Shown: positions 8,019 to 17,419 of the stretch, in pieces
How the letters are laid out: each line of letters starts with the position of its first letter
Numbering within the stretch: the first letter of the stretch is position 1
Origin: an uncultured Candidatus Saccharibacteria bacterium
GTDB lineage: Bacteria > Patescibacteriota > UBA1384 > VFKW01
DNA length: 61,105 bases
Assembly (NCBI GenBank): GCA_964482785.1
Contig: CAYZYR010000001.1
Coordinates: 1-61,105 of the forward strand
Reading direction: 5' to 3'
Position numbers and translations under genes: made by a program
The notes under the pieces: generated by a model
What the model saw: the letters and a program-made list of their open reading frames with translations, nothing else
Database searches by the model: none
What the model was told of the DNA's origin: nothing

Positions 8019-8058
8019 TATACTCCCCAGTAGTATATTGTGGAAAGCGGGGAGTATA
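8019..8058 (+). promoter_or_regulatory. candidate CsoR-family operator overlapping the promoter
   Basis: TATACTCCCC (8019-8028) and GGGGAGTATA (8049-8058) form a 10-bp inverted repeat. An inner palindrome ATATACT-N7-AGTATAT is also present, and TTGCAA lies at 8013-8018. Confidence 0.45.
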
Positions 8059-8137
8059 AATAGTGGATAAAGTTTCTTCTTATTATCCCAAATACGCCTT
8101 ATCGACTGTCGGACGAAGTATTCATAAAGGATTGAAA

Positions 8138-8380
8138 ATGAACGATTCAACTAACAAAATAATCAGCCGCCTCCATCGCATAGAAGGTCAAGTAAGAGGT
8201 GTCGAAAATATGCTTAGAGAAAAAAAGAGTGTTCCACTCATCATCCAACAACTCGAAGCTGTCCGCTCTGCTACTACCCAAGCGGCCGCCTCCTTGCTTG
8301 AAGATACCGTTTTACAAGAGGGCTATCAGCTCTCTGATCAGGATGTCATAACTCTAAAAAGGATTATTAAAAAAATATAA
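8138..8380 (+). CDS. CsoR/RcnR/FrmR-family (DUF156) transcriptional repressor, Cys-less variant
   Basis: Contains RLHRIEGQVRGVENML. The ATG at 8138 has AAAGGA upstream; the track start GTG 8063 has no RBS. There is no Cys anywhere in the 80-aa product. Confidence 0.7.
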   Translation: MNDSTNKIISRLHRIEGQVRGVENMLREKKSVPLIIQQLEAVRSATTQAAASLLEDTVLQEGYQLSDQDVITLKRIIKKI

Positions 8381-8682
8381 ATTCAAAAAAGAAGAACCCT
8401 AGATCCTGTCTTATCCGCGAGCTTAAAGAAGAAATTAGCGTCGATGTTCCACCTAAAGATTTAACAAAATTTAGCATTTTTACTGCTAAAGCCTCTGGAC
8501 AAGAACAAAAAACCATCCAAATAACTGTCTATACTGTTAATAAATACTTTGGTCAAATATCTATAGATTCAGAAATTGAAGACATCAAATGGATCGATAG
8601 TCATACCAATAATATAAAAATCGACTCTATTTTCGGGCACGAAGTCATCCCACGATTGAAACAACTTGACCTAATAAATTAA
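8371..8682 (+). pseudogene. 5'-truncated NUDIX hydrolase remnant
   Basis: The frame is open with no start codon: ...KKKNPRSCLIRELKEEISVD... This covers the second half of the Nudix box (REUxEE) and the C-terminal domain. The N-terminal ~40 aa are missing, and the frame abuts the end of the preceding gene. Confidence 0.55.
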
Positions 8683-8806
8683 TCATCCAAAGTCGATAAA
8701 TCATATCTGTCATCGCAGATATCTCAAATTTATCTTATAAGAAATACTACCCTATAAATATTAGAATTATATATTTCAATATTTATAATTTTTGATTTTT
8801 AGCTTT

Positions 8807-10348
8807 TTATTTATGAATATAAACAGGCATTCCTACCACAGCCCAATCATAAAGCTCTTTCGCCTGGCCAGCTGCCAAGCGTACGCATCCATGTGATACC
8901 GCTTTTCCAATATCGCTGACCCCTTCTTTTTTCCCAGTTCTCATGTCGACTGGTAACTCATGAAATCCTTGCCACGCTCCCGATTTATCTTGCGCGAAAG
9001 CCATCCACCAAGGCATTATCCAAGGGAATTCTTTCCCAACTGAGGCTTTGTTTTTAATTTTAAATATCCCCTCGCGAGTTGGTGTCGATTTTTTACCAGA
9101 AGAGACTCCATAGGTCTTTACAAGATTTGCCCCTTCCCATAAATACATTTTCTGCTGACTAAGATTGACCTCGATGTATTTTCCTTCATACATCCCTGGC
9201 GTGAACGGAGGATCCACTGTCTTAGTAGCAAAAGATTTAACATCAACCTGTAAAGCTAGATTATAATTTTTATTCTCCACACTACTAGCACTATCCACTG
9301 CTACATTTTCCGCCGGAACCTCTGTTTGTGGCTGAGTCGGCTTTATTTGATAAGTTCCTTCTAAAATAGAAACAATATCATTAACCGTTTTTTCTTTAGT
9401 TAAAGCTCGCCCATCCTTTCCTTCTTGCAAAACACTTCCATCTTTCGATGATAATTGTTTCTCTCGTGGTAGAATGTCGATCTTTTTAGCAATACTAGCT
9501 ACATATTTTGCAATATCATCTTTTTTTAGATTTGCTTTTATTACCCCGCCCTTATAATCAAAGCTAAACCATTTAAGAATATCTCTTCGTTCTAAAGTGT
9601 ATTTTTTATTCTCGAATAATAAAATAATTTTCTTGTCCGATGTCTGTTCTGCCATTTGTTTAGCCTGTGTAAAATCACTCTCTTTAATCTTTGCCTCAAG
9701 GATAGTAGACGGTAGGTTGACAGCAATATTACCATCCCAATTTCCGTTCTTTATTCGACTATTCAAACTTGAATATATTAAATCAGTAACTTTTTCCTTG
9801 TCTACTCCCATTCCTGGCAATTCTTTATCAATAATAAGATTATCATTTTCCAATCGGATTTTTGCATCCACCGGTTCCTTATTAACTTGAGTTATTATCT
9901 CACTCAATTTAACATCAACCTTATTGCGATTTAATCTAAAAGAGATCTTTTCGTTATACTGTTTTCCTTGTAAATAGTCGTAAGCCAAGATAAATGAGTC
10001 TTCGACAAAATTCCCACTATTCTGCTCGCTGTAAAGATTATCAAATGCACTTATCCAACTATATCTTAGCCCTAAGTCTTTAATCGGCAATTCAAATTTT
10101 TTATCGGCAATATCTAAAACTATTTTTTTATTCGTTATATTACCTATTTCATGTTCCAAAATTTTCTTCGACTCGCCGTACTGTTTTCCAGACAGATTTA
10201 TCCCTGCAAAAATCGTACCAGGCCTAAATCTATCTTTATAAAAATACCCAAGTACCATCGGAATAGTCACTGTTAAAATAGCCGCTATAACAATAAAATA
10301 TGCGACCCCGATTCCTATTCGCTTTATTTTAGGATTTCTAAAATTCAA
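8807..10348 (-). CDS. L,D-transpeptidase (YkuD domain) with long N-terminal extracytoplasmic region
   Basis: C-terminal catalytic motif HELPV...SHGCVRL. There is an N-terminal TM anchor. TTG start with GGAG upstream. Confidence 0.8.
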   Translation of the reverse strand: MNFRNPKIKRIGIGVAYFIVIAAILTVTIPMVLGYFYKDRFRPGTIFAGINLSGKQYGESKKILEHEIGNITNKKIVLDIADKKFELPIKDLGLRYSWISAFDNLYSEQNSGNFVEDSFILAYDYLQGKQYNEKISFRLNRNKVDVKLSEIITQVNKEPVDAKIRLENDNLIIDKELPGMGVDKEKVTDLIYSSLNSRIKNGNWDGNIAVNLPSTILEAKIKESDFTQAKQMAEQTSDKKIILLFENKKYTLERRDILKWFSFDYKGGVIKANLKKDDIAKYVASIAKKIDILPREKQLSSKDGSVLQEGKDGRALTKEKTVNDIVSILEGTYQIKPTQPQTEVPAENVAVDSASSVENKNYNLALQVDVKSFATKTVDPPFTPGMYEGKYIEVNLSQQKMYLWEGANLVKTYGVSSGKKSTPTREGIFKIKNKASVGKEFPWIMPWWMAFAQDKSGAWQGFHELPVDMRTGKKEGVSDIGKAVSHGCVRLAAGQAKELYDWAVVGMPVYIHK

Positions 10349-10525
10349 AAAAACTCCAAAATTTTCCGTTACATTAATATTTTAAATTTTGTCATTAATC
10401 TCGTCAATATAGATCTGGTCAAATATTAAGTTTTATGATAATATTATCTTATCTGTCTCTGTAAGTCACTTTTATTCCCCAGTCAAGGCCACTAAGCCAT
10501 CAGCTGTCAATTTATTATATACTAC

Positions 10526-10563
10526 GGGCGTGTAGCTCGCAGGTCGCAGAGCGCTTCTCTTAT
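10526..10563 (+). pseudogene. truncated copy of the tRNA-Ile(UAU) 5' half (positions 1-36)
   Basis: GGGCGTGTAGCTC-GCAGGTCGCA-GAGCGCTTCTCTTAT is identical to the downstream tRNA except for the D-loop. No T arm or 3' acceptor follows. CGCTTCTCTT (10552-10561) pairs with AAGAGAAGCG (10606-10615). Confidence 0.6.
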
Positions 10564-10661
10564 TACAAGATACATAATAACCAATCACTAGGCAAAAAGC
10601 GTAACAAGAGAAGCGGGATTGAGAAAAACCTTAAAAATTAAATAAAGCTTGTTTATTTTAC

Positions 10662-10734
10662 GGGCGTGTAGCTCAGCGGTTAGAGCGCTTCTCTTATAAG
10701 GAAGATGTCGATGGTTCAAATCCATCCACGCCCA
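10662..10734 (+). tRNA. tRNA-Ile(UAU)
   Basis: GGGCGTG TA GCTC AGCGGTTA GAGC G CTTCT CTTATAA GGAAG ATGTC GATGG TTCAAAT CCATC CACGCCC A. CCA is not encoded. A hairpin ATTTGCC-TCTTGC-GGCAAAT lies downstream. Confidence 0.85.
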
Positions 10735-10804
10735 CACAAATTTGCCTCTTGCGGCAAATAATCCCCACATTGACGAGTGTTCATAGCTGGCTTAGTGTGG
10801 AAGT

Positions 10805-11043
10805 ATGGAACAAGAATCTAAAATGATAATTGAAGATTTGGCTGGAATTGCTGCCCAATCATTCACTAATTTAGAGGTTAGTATTGATAAGCGTTTTGAT
10901 CAAGTTGATCGAAGGTTAGATATCTTGTGGAGCAAGGCCAGCTTGATATTAAACTACGCTTAGATAATACGGCTCATAAATTTGAACTCAAGGATCTTGA
11001 AAAACGGGTGGGCTCATTAGAAAATAAAGCAAAGTTCGCCTAA
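10805..11043 (+). pseudogene. small coiled-coil protein gene, apparently frameshifted
   Basis: MEQESKMIIEDLAGIAAQSFTNLEVSIDKRFDQVDRRLDI... stops at 10961-10963. A second frame continues ...VEQGQLDIKLRLDNTAHKFELKDLEKRVGSLENKAKFA to 11043. Together they read as one heptad-rich protein. Confidence 0.4.
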
Positions 11044-11553
11044 TTGTTTATAGAGTACTCAAATATTTCTTCTGTTTTAAGCGCTAAATTTTATATTAAA
11101 CCTTTGATGTCCATATACTTTTCAGATTGAGTTAGTTCTAATAATTGTTCAAAGATCCTCCCCTCGGGGCCACCAAATAAAATTTTTGCTAAAATTTGAA
11201 TTATTGAACGTCGAGCAAGGCGAGACGGGACATTACAATTGCTCTGGAAATTCAGGGCTTAATTTTATGGTATTAAATTGTATTCAGGAATTTTTTCAAA
11301 ATATTTTCGTTCTTCGTTAAGTTAAATACCACCATAAGATATTTCTCCGGCAATTCGTTTATTTCTTACAGAATTACAGCAACAGGCAACTCATTTGCCA
11401 ATCTGAAATGATGCTGTACCATGTTAAAACTAGTCGCACAAACAAGATGACTTTAACTGAGACAGTCGCCTCTATTAATTATAGTCAGTTTTAACTTCGC
11501 TTTTGCAAAAGGAACAGCAATCTAAAAAAGGGGTACTGTACAGTTTTTATATC

Positions 11554-11793
11554 TCATGGTCTATACTGATCCATGATATCTTCAATTATTTTTGGTTTAT
11601 ACTTGGGATAATTTTGGGAGATATACTCGTCAATCATTTCTTGGCCCCCAAACGCGCGACAAGCCTTATCAATGATTGTTCGGTCTATTTTGAAATCTTG
11701 GCCAAATTTTTGTTTTTGGATTTGAAAAAAGTTATCCATGTCAGCATTAAATACCTCTTTAGATAATGGCTGATTGAGATCACATTCTGACAT
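11554..11793 (-). CDS. small hypothetical protein
   Basis: 79-aa ORF with a good RBS (AAAGGAGAAAT-ATG on the minus strand). It overlaps an antisense plus-strand ORF that lacks these signals. Confidence 0.55.
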   Translation of the reverse strand: MSECDLNQPLSKEVFNADMDNFFQIQKQKFGQDFKIDRTIIDKACRAFGGQEMIDEYISQNYPKYKPKIIEDIMDQYRP

Positions 11794-12538
11794 ATTTCTC
11801 CTTTAATTATATTTTATAATTTTAAATATTAAAAAAAGATTAAGAGCATTAATATTTTTACCGAAATCATTTCCTAGTAAAACTCCAAGAAATCATCAAT
11901 TTAACTCCTCATAATTTTATTTTTTGTGAACCTTTAAATAACAACAACTTGCTAGACAAAAATTATCAAAATTTTTTTATATTCTTAAAGATATGTCGAC
12001 AAACTAATACACAAAAGAAAATCAACAAGCTGTTAGCAATCTCTTTCAACTAACAATTTCCGACAATTCCATTGTCTGGCTTGAAAAATAGATCTTTGAC
12101 AATACTACTAACGCTCCTTTAATAAAAACCCAAAATCTTCCCCCAATCCTCAACCAAAAAGATTTTTTCGCAAAATTGAAACAATAATTAAATCAACATC
12201 CAAAAGGTGAGTGCCTTTTCACAATTCTCTACAGAGCCTCAGATATTTTCCTCTTCTTTGACTATATATAGAAAACAACTTTCCCAAAAGCCATTTTTAT
12301 ATTTTTCCACTACTATATATAGTATAGAGTCTAAGCAATCCTACTATTGACAAACTAAAAAACCATTATAAGATAACAACAGGCTATGGTGCTAGTCATC
12401 TTAGGTTAATTCTAGGGTTAAAAGTTTTGCACTATGGTTAAATATTAGAGTAATACTTGCGGAGGGGCCAGGTCGATTTATAAGCCTGTTAAGTAATAAC
12501 TCCGCTCGTTAATAAATTAATATACAGGAGGTCTTTGC

Positions 12539-14716
12539 ATGATCAATTCTATAAAAAAATATTTATCAAGAATAGTGCTACTCTCTATGGTTTGCTACTC
12601 CGCTTTTGGCGTTGTATTCGCTAATATCCAATCAGCTCACGCCACATTCCATACCTATTTTGCAGAAGGTTTTAGCACTAGCTTTCCTGAGTTGGTAAGT
12701 AATGGTTGGACCTTCAGTGAGATCACTGAAACATATCCTTCAATTTATGGCGCCGCCGCCCCGTCCCTAAAATTTGATAGTTCCGGCGATACTTTAATAA
12801 CGCCTGTATTCTCTAATGCTAACAAACTGTCTTTCTGGGCCAGGGGTCAAGCTAATAACACATCAGGCTCTCTAATTATTGATTACAGAGATTCAGCTGA
12901 TTGGCACAATCTTAATAATTTATCAATCGTCAATAGTCAGCCTCAAAATATTGTCTATGATATCCCAGCTTCAGCCGTTCAAATTAGATTTACCTATCTC
13001 AAGACCATTAATAATGTCGCTTTGGACGATGTTTCTGTCTATCTTGATATTGATGACCAGCCCCCGGTAATTACCGGTGTTGAAGATGGAAAATATTATA
13101 ACTCAGATTTAACCATCAATTTTTCCGATGATCAACCTGGTGTTACAGCCCAGCTTAACGGCACCCCATTCTCAAGCGGCACCACAGTTTCCGTTGAAGG
13201 CAGTTATAGTCTGGAAGTAGTCGATCAGGCCGGCAATAAAACCGCCGCCAACTTTATTATCGACAAAACTGCTCCTACTGCTACTGTAAGTTACTCAACT
13301 GTTTACCCTACAACTGAGAACGTAATTGCCACAGTCATTCCCTCTGAAACAATAGTCGAAGGAACCCTCACTCACGAGTTTACAGTCAACGGCTCCTATC
13401 TATTCACCTTTACCGACTTAGCTGGCAATACCGGATCAGTTGAGGCTGTTGTCGCCAATATCGATAGAACCAAGCCAATCGTCACTGTCACCAAAGATCC
13501 TTTATTCGACATCAGCAATCAAAACTACATCGTGACGGTTGAATACTTCGACGACAATCTCGACAAAAAAACCTATATTCTTGATTCATCTACCGAACTA
13601 AACTATGAAGGACCGGTCATCGTTTCGGGAAATGGCACCCACACCTTTGTTGCCATCGCCACGGATAAAGCTGGCAACCGAACCGAATCCGACCTGATCA
13701 CCTTCGTCATCGACACTGAAGGACCATCGGCTCCAACCAACGTCATCGCTTTCGATCATCCAAACGATGCCGGTAAATCAATCGATATCACCTGGCAGCC
13801 CTCAACTTCTCCCGATATCGCAGGATATCAAGTCAAAGTCAGTAAAACAAATGTCGAAGCCGATGCCGACCCCGCTCTCACACAAAATCTCGGCAATATC
13901 ACCAGTACCACTTTAGTTGGTCTCGAAAATAATATTCCTTATTACGTCTTTGTTTCTGGCTTCGATAGCTTCGGCAATGTCGGTAATTCAGGTTATTATC
14001 TTCTTCCAGTTTTCGCCGTAGATAATATCACCCCTCTTATCAGTGCGGTCACTGTCAAGGGTGCCGACATTCTAGAAGTAGCTTATAACTACAATAGTCT
14101 CGGTACTTCCGTTGTTGAATTATATGTTTCCACTGACAAAAATTTCTCCAACTATATAGTAGTAAATCAAAAACCAGCTTCCGGCCTGTTTACTCTTTCG
14201 ACCGTTGATCCGACCAAAACCTATTATTTCAAACTTCAAGCTACCGATCTATTAGGCAATAAATCCGCCTTCTCAGAAATCAAAACTGGTTATATCGGAT
14301 CAGATTACGGCAAAGGCGCCGGTCCAGTCACCATCTCAGCTCTACAGGAGCCAGCCCCGATTGCCGAAGAAGAGCCTGTTGTAATTGCCTCTACAGATAC
14401 GCCCACAGTTAATAACTCTGATAAAGATAACTCTAAAAAAGACAACTCTGCTCCTGAAATAAAAGACGAACCAGAAGTTAAAGGGACTCAAGACAAAAAA
14501 GAAGAATCTTCCAAGAAAAACTGGTTCTTGATTATTCTGCTCTTCGCCGCTGCCGCTGCCGCCTACTATGGATACAAAAAACTCCCTAACGATGATTCAG
14601 GCTCTCCTATCTCTAAATCCAAAGAATCGAACACAGCCCCTAAAACTCAAGAAAATCCAAAGCCGCCAAAGAATGCAACTGATAGCAAGAATAAGAATTT
14701 CAAGAAAAAGAAATAA
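12539..14716 (+). CDS. large secreted surface protein with Ig-like/FN3-like repeats and C-terminal TM anchor
   Basis: It has a signal peptide and repeated beta-rich modules (...DKTAPT..., ...DRTKPI..., ...DTEGPSAPTNV...). A TM helix (WFLIILLFAAAAAAYYGY) and a K-rich tail follow. RBS is CAGGAGG. Confidence 0.7.
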   Translation: MINSIKKYLSRIVLLSMVCYSAFGVVFANIQSAHATFHTYFAEGFSTSFPELVSNGWTFSEITETYPSIYGAAAPSLKFDSSGDTLITPVFSNANKLSFWARGQANNTSGSLIIDYRDSADWHNLNNLSIVNSQPQNIVYDIPASAVQIRFTYLKTINNVALDDVSVYLDIDDQPPVITGVEDGKYYNSDLTINFSDDQPGVTAQLNGTPFSSGTTVSVEGSYSLEVVDQAGNKTAANFIIDKTAPTATVSYSTVYPTTENVIATVIPSETIVEGTLTHEFTVNGSYLFTFTDLAGNTGSVEAVVANIDRTKPIVTVTKDPLFDISNQNYIVTVEYFDDNLDKKTYILDSSTELNYEGPVIVSGNGTHTFVAIATDKAGNRTESDLITFVIDTEGPSAPTNVIAFDHPNDAGKSIDITWQPSTSPDIAGYQVKVSKTNVEADADPALTQNLGNITSTTLVGLENNIPYYVFVSGFDSFGNVGNSGYYLLPVFAVDNITPLISAVTVKGADILEVAYNYNSLGTSVVELYVSTDKNFSNYIVVNQKPASGLFTLSTVDPTKTYYFKLQATDLLGNKSAFSEIKTGYIGSDYGKGAGPVTISALQEPAPIAEEEPVVIASTDTPTVNNSDKDNSKKDNSAPEIKDEPEVKGTQDKKEESSKKNWFLIILLFAAAAAAYYGYKKLPNDDSGSPISKSKESNTAPKTQENPKPPKNATDSKNKNFKKKK

Positions 14717-14739
14717 TCGCGACACAAGAAGCTAAACAA

Positions 14740-14768
14740 AAACCCGCCTCTCAAACGGCGGGTTTTTG
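14740..14768 (+). terminator. rho-independent terminator
   Basis: ACCCGCC-TCTCAAA-CGGCGGGT followed by TTTTTG. Confidence 0.7.
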
Positions 14769-14784
14769 TTTATGATCATAAAAA

Positions 14785-15222
14785 ATGTATAATAATAAAG
14801 CCATGGAAGAAAAACAAAGCAAGTGGAAACAGCTTAGTTCCAACTTTTTAAATATCATTTTAATCGGTTTTTGCCTATATCTAATTTTTCTTATTGGCAA
14901 TACCATCTGGCAAAACTACAATATTAACAAAAAAGCCGAAGCCCTCGACGAGCAGCTTTTAATGACTGAAATAGAGAACTACCGTCTCCGAGATTATCTC
15001 GAGTATTACAAAAGCCCAAGTTACCAAGATATTGAAATCAGAAAAAGATTATTACTCAAAAAACCTGGCGAAAAAGTAGTCTATTTACCCAAGCGCGATC
15101 ATGATAAATCCAGTGGCCCTCTAATTAATAATATTATTATGACCAGCCAAACCAATGAGAAAATCTATCTTCCCAACTACATAAAATGGTGGCGCTTTAT
15201 TTTAAGCGGTTCTGCCGGATAA
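14785..15222 (+). CDS. septum formation initiator (FtsB/DivIC-like) protein
   Basis: An N-terminal TM helix is followed by a coiled coil (...ALDEQLLMTEIENYRLRDYLEYYKSPSYQDIEIRKRLLLKKPGEKVV...). An alternative start is ATG 14803. Confidence 0.6.
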   Translation: MYNNKAMEEKQSKWKQLSSNFLNIILIGFCLYLIFLIGNTIWQNYNINKKAEALDEQLLMTEIENYRLRDYLEYYKSPSYQDIEIRKRLLLKKPGEKVVYLPKRDHDKSSGPLINNIIMTSQTNEKIYLPNYIKWWRFILSGSAG

Positions 15223-15238
15223 TTTGAGAGTTATAAAG

Positions 15239-15312
15239 TGGCTGCGAGTGGATTTGAACCACTGACCTAAGGCTTATGAGTCCTTCGCTCTAACCAACTG
15301 AGCTACGCAGCC
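15239..15312 (-). tRNA. tRNA(CAU), elongator-type (Met, or Ile2 if lysidinylated)
   Basis: rc: GGCTGCG TA GCTC AGTTGGTTA GAGC G AAGGA CTCATAA GCCTT AGGTC AGTGG TTCAAAT CCACT CGCAGCC A. Confidence 0.8.
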
Positions 15313-15345
15313 GTTATTTCGCCACTATTTTATTGAAGATTTTAG

Positions 15346-15416
15346 TTGCGGAGGCAGGAGTTGAACCTGCTTCCCATGGTTATGAGCCACGTGAGATACC
15401 GTTTCTCCACTCCGCA
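15346..15416 (-). tRNA. tRNA(CAU), initiator-like (tRNA-fMet candidate)
   Basis: rc: TGCGGAG TG GAGA AACGGTA TCTC A CGTGG CTCATAA CCATG GGAA GCAGG TTCAACT CCTGC CTCCGCA A. It has A11:U24, a UGGAG start to the D arm as in bacterial initiators, and a weak U1-A72 pair. Only 2 of the 3 G-C pairs are present at the base of the anticodon stem. Confidence 0.7.
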
Positions 15417-15548
15417 ATGATTAATATATCACAAATCAATCTAATCGTCAATCAAAATCTGCGCTGCCAACCCATATAAAAATGTTCCCAAATATCTACA
15501 TTGTTAATCCGATCAATTTATGTTAATATTTAACCTGGAGGTATAAGG

Positions 15549-17327
15549 ATGAAAAATATTCCCATCATTATTTTTATTGCTTTGATTGTTTTTTCTGTTT
15601 GGGGACTACTTGGTTATCAAAAATCACAGGAAGTCAAACAAGTCCCGATCTCAAAAATCTCTCAAGACGTCAAAGATAAAAAAGTCAAAGAAGTCAATGT
15701 CGACGGCACTTCCGTCGTTGCCACTTTAAAAGACGGCACTAAAGAAGAAGCCTTTAAAGAAGAAGGAACCAAAATCCAGGATTATGGCATCACTTCCGAA
15801 AACACTACTGTTAATGTCAAAAATCCTTCCCGCGGTGCTTTTTGGACATCCTTTTTCTATCTCATCTTTCCCGCCCTTATTGTTGTTATTCTATTCTGGC
15901 TAATGTTCCGGCAAGCCCGTTCAGGTAACATGCAAGCCATGACCTTTGGCAAAACCACCGCCAGGCTTTTTAGTGGAAATAAACAGGTTACTTTTGCCGA
16001 TGTCGCCGGATTAGTTGAACCTAAACAAGAACTATATGAGATTGTCGATTTTTTAAAAACTCCCGAAAAATTCCACAAATTGGGAGCCGAAATCCCCCGT
16101 GGTGTCTTGCTAGTTGGTCCTGCCGGAGTAGGTAAAACCTTGCTCGCCAAAGCCGTTGCCGGCGAAGCCGGAGTTCCCTTCTTTTCCCTTTCTGCTTCAG
16201 AATTCGTTGAAATGTTTGTCGGAGTTGGCGCCTCTCGTGTCCGCGATTTATTCCAAAAAGCCAAAAGAAACGCTCCCTGTGTTATCTTTATCGACGAATT
16301 AGATGCCGTTGGTCGTCAGCGTGGTACCGGTTTAGGCGGTAGCCATGATGAACGAGAACAAACTCTCAATCAGATCTTGGTTGAAATGGATGGATTCGAG
16401 ACTGATTCTCGCGTTATTGTTCTCGCTGCTACCAACCGCCCCGATGTCCTTGACCCAGCTCTTCTCCGCCCCGGTCGTTTCGACCGTAAAGTTGTCTTAG
16501 ATGTCCCTGACATAAAAGAAAGAGAAGAAATCTTAAAAGTTCACACCAGAAATAAACCGCTGGCCGAAGATGTCAACTTAGCCAAAATCGCCCAAGCCAC
16601 CCCCGGTCTTTCCGGCGCCGATCTTAAAAACGTTATGAATGAAGCCGCTATCTTGGCTGCTCGCACCGATGAAAAAAAGATTTCTCAAAAATATCTTACT
16701 GAAGCCATCGAAAAAGTAATACTTGGACCCGAAAGAAAATCCCATGTTATGAATCAAGAAGAGAAAAAAATCGCCGCCTATCATGAAGCTGGTCACGCCA
16801 TTGTTGGCCGATTTCTTACTCATACCGACCCAATTCATAAGGTTTCTGTTATTTCTCGCGGAATGGCTCTCGGATACACTTGGAGCCTTCCTTCCGAAGA
16901 TAAACACATGCAATCTAAAAGCAAGTTCCAAGACGAAATCGCTCAACTCTTATCCGGCCGGGTTAGTGAAGAGATATTCTTCAAAGACTCTACCACAGGC
17001 GCTCAAAATGATGTCAAAAGAGCAACCAAAATCGCTCGCGATATGGTCACTGTCTTCGGTATGAGCGAGCTCGGTCCGATCTCTCTCGGTGAGAGAGAAG
17101 AGTATGTTTTTCTCGGCAGAGAACTAGGCGGGCATAAAAACTATTCTGAAGAAACCGCTTCTCTTATCGACCGAGAAATCGCCAAATTTATCCAAGAAGG
17201 TGAAAAAACTGCCAAAGAGACCATCTTAAAACACAAAAACGTTCTAGAAAAATTAGCTAAAAAATTGATCGAAGAAGAAACTGTCGAAGGCAGCGAATTA
17301 GAAACCATCTTCGCTGGCAAAGCCTAA
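15549..17327 (+). CDS. ftsH: ATP-dependent zinc metalloprotease FtsH
   Basis: Walker A GPAGVGKT, the SRH region, zinc motif HEAGHA, and an N-terminal TM pair. RBS is GGAGG. Confidence 0.97.
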   Translation: MKNIPIIIFIALIVFSVWGLLGYQKSQEVKQVPISKISQDVKDKKVKEVNVDGTSVVATLKDGTKEEAFKEEGTKIQDYGITSENTTVNVKNPSRGAFWTSFFYLIFPALIVVILFWLMFRQARSGNMQAMTFGKTTARLFSGNKQVTFADVAGLVEPKQELYEIVDFLKTPEKFHKLGAEIPRGVLLVGPAGVGKTLLAKAVAGEAGVPFFSLSASEFVEMFVGVGASRVRDLFQKAKRNAPCVIFIDELDAVGRQRGTGLGGSHDEREQTLNQILVEMDGFETDSRVIVLAATNRPDVLDPALLRPGRFDRKVVLDVPDIKEREEILKVHTRNKPLAEDVNLAKIAQATPGLSGADLKNVMNEAAILAARTDEKKISQKYLTEAIEKVILGPERKSHVMNQEEKKIAAYHEAGHAIVGRFLTHTDPIHKVSVISRGMALGYTWSLPSEDKHMQSKSKFQDEIAQLLSGRVSEEIFFKDSTTGAQNDVKRATKIARDMVTVFGMSELGPISLGEREEYVFLGRELGGHKNYSEETASLIDREIAKFIQEGEKTAKETILKHKNVLEKLAKKLIEEETVEGSELETIFAGKA

Positions 17328-17362
17328 AAAACCAGCCAAAGGTCAAAAACTAAAAACAAATT

Positions 17363-17387
17363 AAAAAGGCCTCTCATAGGCCTTTTT
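17363..17387 (+). terminator. rho-independent terminator after ftsH
   Basis: AAAAAGGCCT-CTCAT-AGGCCTTTTT. Confidence 0.75.
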
Positions 17388-17419
17388 AATTAAACATCAA
17401 ACAATGATACAATTAATAT

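Noticed and set aside
10526-10620. The upstream tRNA-like fragment as a functional (possibly intron-containing) tRNA.
   Set aside because: A 3' anticodon-stem complement exists (AGAAG within AAGAGAAGCG). However, no T arm or 3' acceptor strand follows before the intact tRNA begins.
15857-17064. ORFs 15857-16264(-), 16578-16946(-) and 16783-17064(+) inside ftsH.
   Set aside because: They are antisense or out of frame relative to an unambiguous ftsH.
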